Assembly: GCF_963921235.1 (NCBI RefSeq)
Contig: NW_026948142.1
Location: 1-64,000, forward strand
DNA: 64,000 nt
Direction: 5' to 3'
Source: Mobula hypostoma
Lineage: Eukaryota
The notes beneath the pieces were generated by a model. That model was not told the DNA's origin and ran no database searches. It worked only from the letters and a program-made list of their open reading frames with translations. This document shows, piece after piece, positions 30,001 to 42,255 of this stretch (positions within the stretch are counted from its first letter, which is position 1; each line of letters opens with the position of its first letter). Made by a program: the position numbers and the translations under genes.

Positions 30001-33000
30001 CGTAGACTCTCCTGTGGTTACACTGAGTTCCTGCAGACTGTCCTGTGTTTTCACTGAGTTTCTGCAGACTGTCCCGTGTTTTCACTGAGTTCCTGCAGAC
30101 TGTCCCGTGTTATCACTGAGTTCCTGCTGACTGTCCCGTGTTTTCACTGAGTTCCTGCTGACTGTCCTCTGTTTTCACTGAGTTCCTGCACACTGTCCTG
30201 TGTTTTCACTGAGTTCCTGCAGACTGTACCGTGTTTTCACTAACTTTCTACAGACTGTCCTGTCTTTTCACAGAGTTCCTACAGACTGTAGTATGTTTTC
30301 ACTGAGTGTCTGCCGACTGACCCTTGTTTTCTCTGACTTCCTGCTGACTGTTCTGTGTTTTCACTGATCCTGCAGATTGTCATGTGTTTACACTGAGTTC
30401 CAGCAGAGTGGCCTGTGTTTACACTGAGTTCCAGCAGAGTGTCCTGTGTTTTCACTGAGTTCCTGCAGACTGTCCCGTGTTTTCACTGAGTTCCTGCAGA
30501 CTGTCCTCTGTTTTCACTGACTTCCTGCAGACTGTCCTGTGTTTTCACTGAGTTCCTGCAGACTGTACCGTGTTTTCACTAACTTCCTACAGACTGTCCT
30601 GTGCTTTCACTGAGTTCCTACAGACTGTAGTATGTTTTCACTGAGTTCCTGCTGACTGTCCCGTGTTTTCACTGAATTCCTGCAGACTGTCCTGTGTTTT
30701 CACTGAGTTTCTGCAGACTGTCCCGTGTTTTCACTGAGTTCCTGCAGACTGTCCCGTGTTTTCACTGAGTTCCTGCAGACTGTCCCGTGTTATCACTGAG
30801 TTCCTGCTGACTGTCCCGTGTTTTCACTGAATTCCTGCAGATTGTCCTGTGTTTTCACTGAGTTCCTGGAGACTCCTGTGGTTACACTGAGTTCCTGCAG
30901 ACTGTCCTGTGTTTTCACTGAGTTCCTGCAGACTGTCCTGTGTTTTCACTGAGTTCCTGCAGACTGTCCTGTGTTTTCACTGAGTTCCTGCAGACTGTCC
31001 TGTGTTTTCACTGAGTTCCTGCAGACTGTCCCGTGTTTTCACTGAGTTCCTGCAGACTGTCCTCTGTTTTCACTGAGTTCCTGCACACTGTCCTGTGTTT
31101 TCACTGAGTTCCTGCAGACTGTCCTGTGTTTTCACTGAGTTCCTGCAGCTGTCCTGTGTTTTCACTGAGTTCCTGCAGACTATCCTGTGTTTTCACAGAG
31201 TTCCTGCAGACTGTCCTGTGTTTTCACTGAGTTTCTGCAGACTGTCCCGTGTTTTCACTGAGTTCCTGCAGACTGTCCCGTGTTATCACTGATTTCCTGC
31301 TGACTGTCCCATGTTTTCACTGAGTTCCTGCTGACTGTCCTCTGTTTTCACTGAGTTCCTGCACACTGTCCTGTGTTTTCACTGAGTTCCTGCAGACTGT
31401 CTTGTGTTTCACTGAGTTCCTGTTGACTGTCCTGTGGTTACACTGAGTTCTGCAGACTGTCCGTGTTTTCACTGATTTCCTGCAGACTGTCCAGTGTTTT
31501 CACTGAGTTCCTGCAGACTGTCCCGTGTTTTCACTGAGTTCCTGCAGACTGTCCCGTGTTTTCACTGAGTTCCTGCACACTCTCCGGTGTTTTCACTGAG
31601 TTCCTGGAGACTGTCCTGTGTTTACACTGAGTTCCTGCAGACTGTACCGTGTTTTCAGTAACTTTCTACAGACTGTCCTGTGTTTTCACAGAGTTCCTAC
31701 AGACTGTAGTATGTTTTCTCTGAGTGTCTGCAGACTGACCCTTGTTTTCTCTGACTTCCTGCTGACTGTTCTGTGTTTTCACTGATCCTGCAGATTGTCC
31801 TGTGTTTACACTGAGTTCCAGCAGAGTGTCCTGTGTTTTCACTGAGTTCCTGCAGGCTGTCCTGTGTTTTCATTGAGTTCCTGCAGACTGTCCTGTGTTT
31901 TCACTGAGTTGCTGCAGCTGTCCTGTGTTTTCACTGAGTTCCTGCAGACTGTCCTGTGTTTTCACTGAGTTCCTGCAGACTGTACCGTGTTTTCACTAAC
32001 TTTCTACAGACTGTCCTGTCTTTTCACAGAGTTCCTACAGACTGTAGTATGCTTTCACTGAGTGTCTGCCGACTGACCCTTCTTTTCTCTGACTTCCTGC
32101 TAACTGTTCCGTGTTTTCACAGAGTTCCTGCAGACTGTCCCGTGTTTTCACTGAGTTCCTTCAGACTGTCCTCTGTTTTCACTGAGTTCCTGCAGACTGT
32201 CCTCTGTTTTTACTGACTTCCTGCAGACTGTCCTGTGTTTTCACTGAGTTCCTGCAGACTGTACCGTGTTTTCACTAACTTCCTACAGACTGTCCTGTGC
32301 TTTCACTGAGTTCCTACAGACTGTAGTATGTTTTCACTGAGTTCCTGCAGACTGTCCCGTGTTTTCACTGAGTTCCTGCAGACTGTCCCGTGTTTTCACA
32401 GAGTTCCTGCAGACTGTCCCGTGTTATCACTGAGTTCCTGCTGACTGTCCCGTGTTTTCACAGAATTCCTGCAGACTGTCCTGTGTTTTCACTGAGTTCC
32501 TGGAGACTCTCCTGTGGTTACACTGAGTTCCTGCAGACTGTCCTGTGTTTTCACTGAGTTTCTGCAGACTGTCCCGTGTTTTCACTGAGTTCCTGCAGAC
32601 TGTCCCGTGTTATCACTGAGTTCCTGCAGACTGTCCCGTGTTATCACTGAGTTCCTGCTGACTGTCCTGTGTTTTCACTGAGTTCCTGCAGACTGTACCG
32701 TGTTTTCACTAACTTTCTACAGACTGTCCTGTCTTTTCACAGAGTTCCTACAGACTGTAGTATGCTTTCACTGAGTGTCTGCCGACTGACCCTTCTTTTC
32801 TCTGACTTCCTGCTAACTGTTCCGTGTTTTCACAGAGTTCCTGCAGACTGTCCCGTGTTTTCACTGAGTTCCTTCAGACTGTCCTGTGTTTTCACTGAGT
32901 TCCTGCAGACTGTCCTCTGTTTTTACTGACTTCCTGCAGACTGTCCTGTGTTTTCACTGAGTTCCTGCAGACTGTACCGTGTTTTCACTAACTTCCTACA

Positions 33001-36000
33001 GACTGTCCTGTGCTTTCACTGAGTTCCTACAGACTGTAGTATGTTTTCACTGAGTTCCTGCAGACTGTCCCGTGTTTTCACTGAGTTCCTGCAGACTGTC
33101 CCGTGTTTTCACAGAGTTCCTGCAGACTGTCCCGTGTTATCACTGAGTTCCTGCTGACTGTCCCGTGTTTTCACAGAATTCCTGCAGACTGTCCTGTGTT
33201 TTCACTGAGTTCCTGGAGACTCTCCTGTGGTTACACTGAGTTCCTGCAGACTGTCCTGTGTTTTCACTGAGTTTCTGCAGACTGTCCCGTGTTTTCACTG
33301 AGTTCCTGCAGACTGTCCCGTGTTATCACTGAGTTCCTGCAGACTGTCCCGTGTTATCACTGAGTTCCTGCTGACTGTCCCGTGTTTTCACTGAATTCCT
33401 GCAGATTGTCCCGTGTTTTCACTGAGTTCCTGCTGACTCCTGTGGTTACACTGAGTTCCTGCAGACTGTCCCGTGTTTTCACTGAGTTCCTGCAGCTGTC
33501 CTGTGTTTTCACTGAGTTCCTGCAGACTGTCCTGTGTTTTCACTGAGTTCCTGCAGACTGTCCTGTGCTTTCACTGAGTTCCTACAGACTGTAGTATGTT
33601 TCAACCGAGTTCCTGCAGACTGTCCCGTGTTTTCACTGAGTTCCTGCAGACTGTCACGTGTTTTCACTGAGTTCCTGCTGACTGTCCCGTGTTTTCACTG
33701 AATTCCTGCAGACGGTCCTGTGTTTACACTCAGTTCCCGGAGACTCTCCTGTGGTTACACTGAGTTCCTGCAGACTGTCCTGTGTTTTCACTGAGTTTCT
33801 GCAGACTGTCCCGTATTTTCACTGAGTTCCTGCAGACTGTCCCGTGTTATCACTGAGTTCCTGCTGACTGTCCCATGTTTTCACTGAGTTCCTGCTGACT
33901 GTCCTCTGTTTTCACTGAGTTCCTGCACACTGTCCTGTGTTTTCACTGAGTTCCTGCAGACTGTACCGTGTTTTCACTAACTTTCTACAGACTGTCCTGT
34001 CTTTTCACAGAGTTCCTACAGACTGTAGTATGTTTTCACTGAGTGTCTGCCGACTGACCCTTGTTTTCTCTGACTTCCTGCTGACTGTTCTGTGTTTTCA
34101 CTGATCCTGCAGATTGTCATGTGTTTACACTGAGTTCCAGCAGAGTGTTCTGTGTTTACACTGAGTTCCAGCAGAGTGTCCTGTGTTTTCACTGAGTTCC
34201 TGCAGACTGTCCTGTGTTTTCACTGAGTTCCTGCAGACTGTCCTGTGTTTTCACTGAGTTCCTGCAGACTGTCGTGTGTTTTCACTGAGTTCCTACAGAC
34301 TGTAGTATGTTTTCACTGAGTTCCTGCAGACTATCCTGTGTTTACACTGAGTTCCAGCAGAGTGTCCTGTGTTTACACTGAGTTCCTGCAGACTGTCCTG
34401 TGTTTTCACTGAGTTTCTGCAGACTGTCCCGTGTTTTCACTGAGTTCCTGCAGACTGTCCCGTGTTTTCACAGAGTTCCTGCAGACTGTCCCGTGTTATC
34501 ACTGAGTTCCTGCTGACTGTCTCGTGTTTTCACTGACTTCCTGCAGGCTTTCCTGTGTTTTCACTGACTCCTGCAGGATGTCGTGTGGTTACACTGAGTT
34601 CCTGCAGACTGTCCCGTGTTTTCACTGAGTTCCTGCAGCTGTCCTGTGTTTTCACTGAGTTCCTGCAGACTGTCCTGTGTTTTCACTGAGTTCCTGCAGA
34701 CTGTCCTGTGCTTTCACGGAGTTCCTACCGACTGTAGTATGTTTCAACCGAGTTCCTGCAGACTGTCCCGTGTTTTCACTGAGTTCCTGCAGACTGTCAC
34801 GTGTTTTCACTGTGTTCCTGCTGACTGTCCCGTGTTTTCACTGAATTCCTGCAGACGGTCCTGTGTTTACACTCAGTTCCCGGAGACTCTCCTGTGGTTA
34901 CACCGAGTTCCTGCAGACTGTCCTGTGTTTTCACTGAGTTTCTGCAGACTGTCCCGTATTTTCACTGAGTTCCTGCAGACTGTCCCGTGTTATCACTGAG
35001 TTCCTGCTGACTGTCCCGTGTTTTCTCTGAGTTCCTGCTGACTGTCCTCTGTTTTCACTGAGTTCCTGCACACTGTCCTGTGTTTTCACTGAGTTCCTGC
35101 AGACTGTACCGTGTTTTCACTAACTTTCTACAGACTGTCCTGTCTTTTCACAGAGTTCCTACAGACTGTAGTATGTTTTCACTGAGTGTCTGCCGACTGA
35201 CCCTTGTTTTCTCTGACTTCCTGCTGACTGTTCTGTGTTTTCACTGATCCTGCAGATTGTCCTGTGTTTACACTGAGTTCCAGCAGAGTGTCCTGTGTTT
35301 ACACTGAGTTCCAGCAGAGTGTCCCGTGTTTTCACTGAGTTCCTGCAGACTGTCCTGTGTTTTCACTGACTTCCTGCAGGCTGTCCTGTGTTTTCACTGA
35401 CTTCCTGCAGGCTGTCGTGTGTTTTCACTGAGTTCCTACAGACTGTAGTATGTTTTCACTGAGTTCCTGCAGACTATCCTGTGTTTACACTGAGTTCCAG
35501 CAGAGTGTCCTGTGTTTACACTGAGTTCCAGCAGAGTGTCCTGTGTTTTCACTGAGTTCCTACAGGCTGTCCTGTGTTTTCACTGCGTTCCTGCAGACTG
35601 TCCTCTGTTTTCACTGACTTCCTGCAGACTGTCCTGTGTTTTCACTGAGTTCCTGCAGACTGTACCGTGTTTTCACTAACTTCCTACAGACTGTCCTGTG
35701 CTTTCACTGAGTTCCTACAGACTGTAGTATGTTTTCACTGAGTTCCTGCAGACTGTCCCGTGTTTTCACTGAGTTCCTGCAGACTGTCACGTGTTTTCAC
35801 TGAGTTCCTGCAGACTGTCCTGTGTTTTCACTGAGTTTCTGCAGACTGTCCCGTGTTTTCACTGAGTTCCTGCAGACTGTCCCGTGTTTTCACTGAGTTC
35901 CTGCAGACTGTCCCGTGTTATCACTGAGTTCCTGCTGACTGTCCCGTGTTTTCACTGAATTCCTTCAGATTGTCCTGTGTTTTCACTGAGTTCCTGGAGA

Positions 36001-39000
36001 CTCCTGTGGTTACACTGAGTTCCTGTTGACTGTCCTGTGTTTTCACTGAGTTTCTGCAGACTGTCCCGTGTTTTCACTGAATTCCTGCAGACTGTCCTGT
36101 GTTTTCACTGAGTTACTGGAGACTCTCCTGTGGTTACACTGAGTTCCTGCAGACTGTCCCGTGTTTTCACTGAGTTTCTGCAGACTGTCCCCTGTTTTCA
36201 CTGAGTTACTGGAGACTCTCCTGTGGTTACACTGAGTTCCTGCAGAGTGTCCTGTGTTTTCACTGAGTTCCTGCAGACTGTCCTGTGTTTTCACTGAGTT
36301 CCTGCAGACTGTCCTGTGTTTTCACTGAGTTCCTGCAGACTGTCCTGTGTTTTCACTGAGTTCCTGCAGACTGTCCCGTGTTTTCACTGAGTTCCTGCAG
36401 ACTGTCCGGTGTTTTCACTGAGTTCCTGCAGACTGTCCTGTGTTTTCACTGAGTTCCTGCAGACTGTACCGTGTTTTCACTAACTTTCTACAGACTGTCC
36501 TGTGTTTTCACAGAGTTCCTACAGACTGTAGTATGTTTTCTCTGAGTGTCTGCAGACTGACCCTTGTTTTCTCTGACTTCCTGCTGACTGTTCTGTGTTT
36601 TCACTGATCCTGCAGATTGTCCTGTGTTTGCACTGATTTCGAGCAGAGTATGCTGTGTTTACACTGAGTTCCAGCAGAGTGTCCTGTGTTTTCACTGAGT
36701 TCCTGCAGACTGTCCTGTGTTTTCACTGAGTTCCTGCAGACTGTCCTGTGTTTTCACTGACTTCCTGCAGGCTGTCGTGTGTTTTCACTGAGTTCCTACA
36801 GACTGTAGTATGTTTTTCACTGAGTTCCTGCAGACTATCCTGTGTTTACACTGAGTTCCAGCAGAGTGTCCTGTGTTTTCACTGAGTTCCTGCAGACTGT
36901 CCTGTGTTTTCACTGAGTTCCTGCAGACTGTCCTGTGTTTTCACTGACTTCCTGCAGGCAGTCGTGTGTTTAGACTGAGTTCCTGCAGACTGTCCCGTGC
37001 TTTCACTGAGTTCCTGCAGACTGTCCTGTGTTTTCACTGAGTTCCTGCAGACTGTCCTGTGTTTTCACTGAGTTGCTGCAGCTGTCCTGTGTTTTCACTG
37101 AGTTCCTGCAGACTGTCCTGTGTTTTCACTCAGTTCCTGCAGACTGTCCCGTGTTTTCACTGAGTTCCTGCAGACTGTCCCGTGTTTTCACTGAGTTCCT
37201 GCTGACTGTCCTCTGTTTTCACTGAGTTCCTGCACACTGTCCTGTGTTTTCACTGAGTTCCTGCAGACTGTACCGTGTTTTCACTAACTTTCTACAGACT
37301 GTCCTGTCTTTTCACAGAGTTCCTACAGACTGTAGTATGTTTTCTCTGAGTGTCTGCAGACTGACCCTTGTTTTCTCTGACTTCCTGCTGACTGTTCTGT
37401 GTTTTCACTGATCCTGCAGATTGTCCTGTGTTTACACTGAGTTCCAGCAGAGTGTCCTGTGTTTTCACTGAGTTCCTGCAGGCTGTCCTGTGTTTTCACT
37501 GAGTTCCTGCAGACTGTCCTGTGTTTTCACTGAGTTCCTGCAGACTGTCCTGTGTTTTCACTGAGTTCCTGCAGACTGTCCTGTGTTTTCACTGAGTTCC
37601 TGCAGACTGTCCTGTGTTTTCACTGAGTTCCTGCAGACTGTCCCGTGTTTTCACTGAGTTCCTGCAGACTGTCCCGTGTTTTCACTGACTTCCTGCAGAC
37701 TGTCCCGTGTTTTCACTGAGTTCCTGCAGACTGTCCTGTGTTTTCACTGAGTTCCTGCAGACTGTCCTGTGTTTTCACTGAGTTCCTGCAGACTGTCCTG
37801 TGTTTTCACTGACTTCCTGCAGGCTGTCCTGTGTTTTCACTGACTTCCTGCAGGCTGTCGTGTGTTTTCACTGAGTTCCTGCAGACTGTCCTGTGTTTTC
37901 ACTGAGTTCCTGCAGACTGTCCTGTGTTTTCACTGAGTTCCTGCAGACTGTACCGTGTTTTCACTAACTTTCTACAGACTGTCCTGTCTTTTCACAGAGT
38001 TCCTACAGACTGTACTATGTTTTCACTGAGTGTCTGCAGACTGACCCTTGTTTTCTCTGATTTCCTGCTGACTGTTCTGTACTTTCACTGATCGTCAAGA
38101 CTGTCCTGTGTTTTCACTGAGTTCCTGTTGACTGTCCTGTGGTTACACTGAGTTCTGCAGACTGCCCGTGTTTTCACTGATTTCCTGCAGACTGTCCTGT
38201 GTTTTCACTGAGTTCCTGCAGACTGTCCCGTGTTTTCACTGAGTTCCTGCAGACTGTCCCGTGTTTTCACTGAGTTCCTGCACACTCTCCGGTGTTTTCA
38301 CTGAGTTCCTGGAGACTGTCCTGTGTTTACACTGAGTTCCTGCAGACTGTACCGTGTTTTCACTAACTTTCTACAGACTGTCCTGTGTTTTCACAGAGTT
38401 CCTACAGACTGTAGTATGTTTTCACTGAGTGTCTGCAGACTGACCCTTGTTTTCTCTGACTTCCTGCTGACTGTTCTGTGTTTTCACTGATCCTGCAGAT
38501 TGTCCTGTGTTTACACTGAGTTCCAGCAGAGTGTCCTGTGTTTTCACTGAGTTCCTGCAGGCTGTCCTGTGTTTTCACTGAGTTCCTGCAGACTGTCCTG
38601 TGTTTTCACTGAGTTCCTGCAGCTGTCCTGTGTTTTCACTGAGTTCCTGCAGACTGTCCTGTGTTTTCACTGACTTCCTGCAGGCTGTCCTGTGTTTTCA
38701 CTGACTTCCTGCAGGCTGTCGTGTGTTTTCACTGAGTTCCTGCAGACTGTCCTGTGTTTTCACTGAGTTCCTGCAGACTGTACCGTGTTTTCACTAACTT
38801 TCTACAGACTGTCCTGTCTTTTCACAGAGTTCCTACAGACTGTAGTATGTTTTCTCTGAGTGTCTGCAGACTGACCCTTGTTTTCTCTGACTTCCTGCTG
38901 ACTGTTCTGTGTTTTCACTGATCCTGCAGATTGTCCTGTGTTTACACTGAGTTCCTGCAGAGTGTCCTGTGTTTTCACTGAGTTCCTGCAGACTGTCCTC

Positions 39001-39420
39001 TGTTTTCACTGAGTTTCTGCAGACTGTCCTGTGTTTTCACTGAGTTCCTGCAGACTGTCCTGTGTTTTCACTGAGTTCCTGCAGACTGTCCCATGTTTTC
39101 TCTGACTTCCTGCTGACTGTTCTGTGTTTTCCCTGTTCCTGCAGACTGTCCTGTGTTTTCACTGAGTTTCTGCAGACTGTCCTGTGTTTTCACTGAGTTC
39201 CAGCAGACTGTCCTGTGTTTTCACTGAGTTCCTGCAGACTGTCCCATGTTTTCTCTGACTTCCTGCTGACTGTTCTGTGTTTTCCCTGTTCCTGCAGACT
39301 GTCCTGTGTTTTCACTGAGTTTTTGCAGACTGCCCGGTGTTTTCACTGAGTTCCCACAACATCTTTTGTGTTGTTTAATGATTTCCTACAGACTGTTTTG
39401 TGTTTCGTTAGCAGTCTCCT
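1..39420 (+). repeat. 31-bp tandem satellite array, roughly 1,270 monomers in the window, open at the left edge
   Basis: CTGCAG(A/G)CTGT recurs at 1 and 32 and keeps a 31-bp period. Consensus CTGCAGACTGTCC(T/C)GTGTTTTCACTGAGTTC, PstI site in most monomers, single orientation throughout. Monomers degenerate over about 39,320-39,420. Confidence 0.99.
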
Positions 39421-39970
39421 GTCTGATAGTGTGCTGTTTGTCCTTCAGTTACTTTGCCAGGATTTTATGAAGTGTCCTAATTCTTTGTGGAATGTTTCAG
39501 CTTTCCCTGTAGGCCACACTTCAGAAGCTTTTCAGGGTATTTACATCCTACCGCCTTTCCTTTGCATATCCAGAGCTGTGAAATTCTCTGCCTCTCTTTT
39601 TCCTGATGGAAGGATGGGCTGACATGTTCACACCCTGTTCTATTGAATGGAACATCCAATGTCAGAGTGGCAGTTTCTTGGGGGATTTTTAATTTCACTG
39701 CTCTTATGACTTAAGTATTCTTTTTAAGAAAACCTGTAGAGTTCTGTAATAAAAGTTCCCTATCAATGAGTGGCCAGATAACACTGTGTAATATCATGAG
39801 CCAAATAATAGTTACCAGATGCAGTAAACAGTTTAACAGTTCGTTGGACAGAGTCTCACTGGTCTGCTGTGCTTTAAATGACGATCTTGTTGGCAATAGC
39901 CAAGGAAAAGCTATAGGAGCTATCCAAGTCTGAATTCTTGTATCGTTTTAACATTCAAGGAGTTCTGCTT

Positions 39971-40008
39971 CTACCTCTGAATCTGTTCTGCCTTACATGG
40001 GACACTGT
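39971..40008 (-). other. Candidate terminal exon (possible coding part) of an unidentified minus-strand transcript
   Basis: Minus-strand acceptor tttctttttttgttaag| at 40,009-40,010 in unique sequence. Phase-1 reading is (D)SVPCKAEQIQR*. No homology recognised. Confidence 0.25.
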
Positions 40009-40119
40009 CTTAACAAAAAAAGAAACCCATAATGACAGAGTCGCCAAGCTCCATACATGGCACCAGTAGTAGTGAGTGGAGTGATTCTCAACCAGAGATT
40101 GAATGGCCAGCCTGCTCTG

Positions 40120-40257
40120 GGATACCACAGTAGCATAGTGTTTTGTGTTTACAGCCTTACAGTTTTACCGTTTCCATTACAGCTCAGGGTGTTCCAGAGT
40201 TTGGAGTTCAATTCCTCTGCCATATGTAAAGAGTTTCTACATTCTTCCCTTGACTGC
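40120..40257 (+). mobile_element. tRNA-derived V-SINE (HE1-like), 5' half
   Basis: A-box-like TAGCATAGTG and B-box-like GGAGTTCAATTCC, then the start of the V-domain (tacattcttcccttgactgc). Cut off by a CR1 insertion. Confidence 0.7.
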
Positions 40258-42255
40258 AAAGTTAAAGCAAAGGAGAGGGCATACAAGGAAGCGAAAATTA
40301 GTGGGAAGACAGAGGATTGGAAAGTTTTTAAAAGCTAACAAAAGGATACTAAGAAGGTCATTAAGAAGGAAAAGATTAACTATGAAAGGAAGCTGGCAAA
40401 TAATATCAAAGGGGATACTAAAAGCTTTTTCAAGTATATAAAGAGTAAAAGACAGGTGAGAGTAGATATAGGACTGATAGAAAATGATGCTGGAGAAATT
40501 GTAATGGGAGATAAGGAGATGGCGGAGGAACTGAACGAGTATTTTGCATCAGTCTTCACTGAGGAAGACATCAGCAGTATACTGGACACTCAAGGGTGGC
40601 AGGGAAGAGAAGTGTGCACAGTCACAATTACAACAGAGAAAGCACTCAGGAAGCTGAATAGTCTAAAGGTAGATAAATCTCCTGGACCAGATGGAATGCA
40701 CCCGCGTGTTCTGAAGGAAGTAGCTGTGGAGATTGCGGAGGCATTAGCGATGATCTTTCAAAAGTCGATAGATTCTGGCATGGTTCCGGAGGACTGGAAG
40801 ATTGCAAATGTCACTCCGCTATTTAAGAAGCAAGTTGCAAGGAAGCAAAAAGGAAATTATAGACCTGTTAGCTTGACATCGGTGGTTGGGAAGTTGTTGG
40901 AGTCGATTGTCAAGGATGAGGTTACAGAGCACCTGGAGGCATATGACAAGGATAGGCAGAACTCAGCATGGATTCCTTAAAGGAAAATCCTGCTTGACAA
41001 ACCTATTACAATTTTTTGAGGAAGTTACAAGTAGGCTAGACAAGGGAGATGCAGTGGATGTTGTATATTTGGATTTTCAGAAGGCCTTTGACAAGGTGTC
41101 ACACATGAGGCTACTTAACAAGATAAGAGCCCATGGAATTACAGGAAAGTTACATACGTGGATAGAGCGTTGGCTGATTGGCAGGAAACAGAGAGTGGGA
41201 ATAAAGGGATCCTATTCTGGTTGGCTGCCGGTTACCAGTGGTTTTCCACAGGGATCAGTGTTGGGGCTGCTTCTTTTTACATTGTACATCAACGATTTGG
41301 ATTATGGAATAGATGGTTTTGTGGCTAAGTTTGCTGATGATACGAAGATAGGTGGAGGGGCCGGTAGTGCTGAGGAAACAGAGAGTCTGCAGAGAGACTT
41401 GGATAGATTGGAAGAATGGGCAGAGAAGTGGCAAATGAAGTACAATGTTGGAAAGTGTACGGTTATGCACTTTGGCCGAAGAAATAAATGGGCAGACTAT
41501 TATTTAAATGGGGAGAGAATTCAAAGTTCTGAGATGCAACGGGACTTGGGAGTCCTTGTGCAGGACACCCTTAAGGTTGAGTCAGTGGTGAAAAAGGCAA
41601 ATGCAATGTTGGCACTCATTTCTAGAGGAATAGAGTGTAGGAGCAGGGATGTGATGTTGAGGCTCTATAAGGCACTGGTGAGACCTCACTTGGAGTACTG
41701 TGGGCAGCTTTGGGCTCCTTATTTAAGAAAGGATGTGCTGACGTTGGAGAGGGTACAGAGAAGATTCACTAGAATGAATCCGGGAATGAGAGGTTTAACA
41801 TATGAAGAACGTTTGTCCGTTCTTGGACTGTATTCCTTGAAGTTTAAAAGAATGAGGGGAGACCTCATAGAAACATTTTGAATGTTGAAAGGAATGGACA
41901 GGGTGGATGTGGCAAAGTTGTTTCCCATGATGGGGGAGTCTAGTACGAGAGGGCATGACTTAAGGATCGAAGGGCGCCCATTCAGAACAGAGGTGCGAAG
42001 GAATTTTTTTAATCAGAGGGTGGTGAATCTATGGAATTTGTTGCCACGGGCGGCAGTGGAGGCCAAGTCATTGGGTGTATTTAAGGCAGAGATTGACTGG
42101 TATCGGAGTAGCCAGGGCATCAAAGGTTATGGTGAGAAGGTGGGGGAGTGGGACTAAATGGGAGAATGGATCAGCTCATGATAAAATGGCGGTGCAGACT
42201 CAATGGGCCAAATGGCCGACTTCTGCTCTTTGTCTTATGGTCTTATGGTCTTATG
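40258..42255 (+). mobile_element. 5'-truncated CR1 LINE with disrupted ORF2 reverse transcriptase
   Basis: ORFs 40456-40980, 40886-41881 and 41882-42157 give [38 protein letters not shown] and KFADDTK. Frameshift near 40,950 and stop at 41,879. Ends in a (TCTTATGG)3 tail at 42,233-42,255. Confidence 0.96.

Noticed and set aside
790..37225. Many 62-127 aa ORFs (MFSLSSCRL..., ...SLQELSENTGQSAGTQ)
   Set aside because: A 31-bp unit cycles through all three frames every 93 nt and carries TGA on both strands. ORFs appear only where variants such as CACAGAG or TTTACAC remove the stop, and most start at GTG.
1..39420. CRISPR-like array (31-bp repeats)
   Set aside because: Monomers are directly adjacent with no unique spacers, there are no cas genes, and the context is vertebrate.
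1..39420. RAG recombination signal array (CACAGAG/CACTGAG heptamer-like, GTGTTTT nonamer-like)
   Set aside because: No ACAAAAACC-like nonamer falls at 12 or 23 bp from the heptamer-like motif on either strand.
1..39420. Hammerhead ribozyme within the satellite itself
   Set aside because: The monomer has CTGAGTT rather than CTGANGA, and GAAA occurs only on the opposite strand.
39368..39896. ORFs of 61-84 aa beside the array edge
   Set aside because: Non-ATG starts, no recognisable domain and no supporting splice structure.
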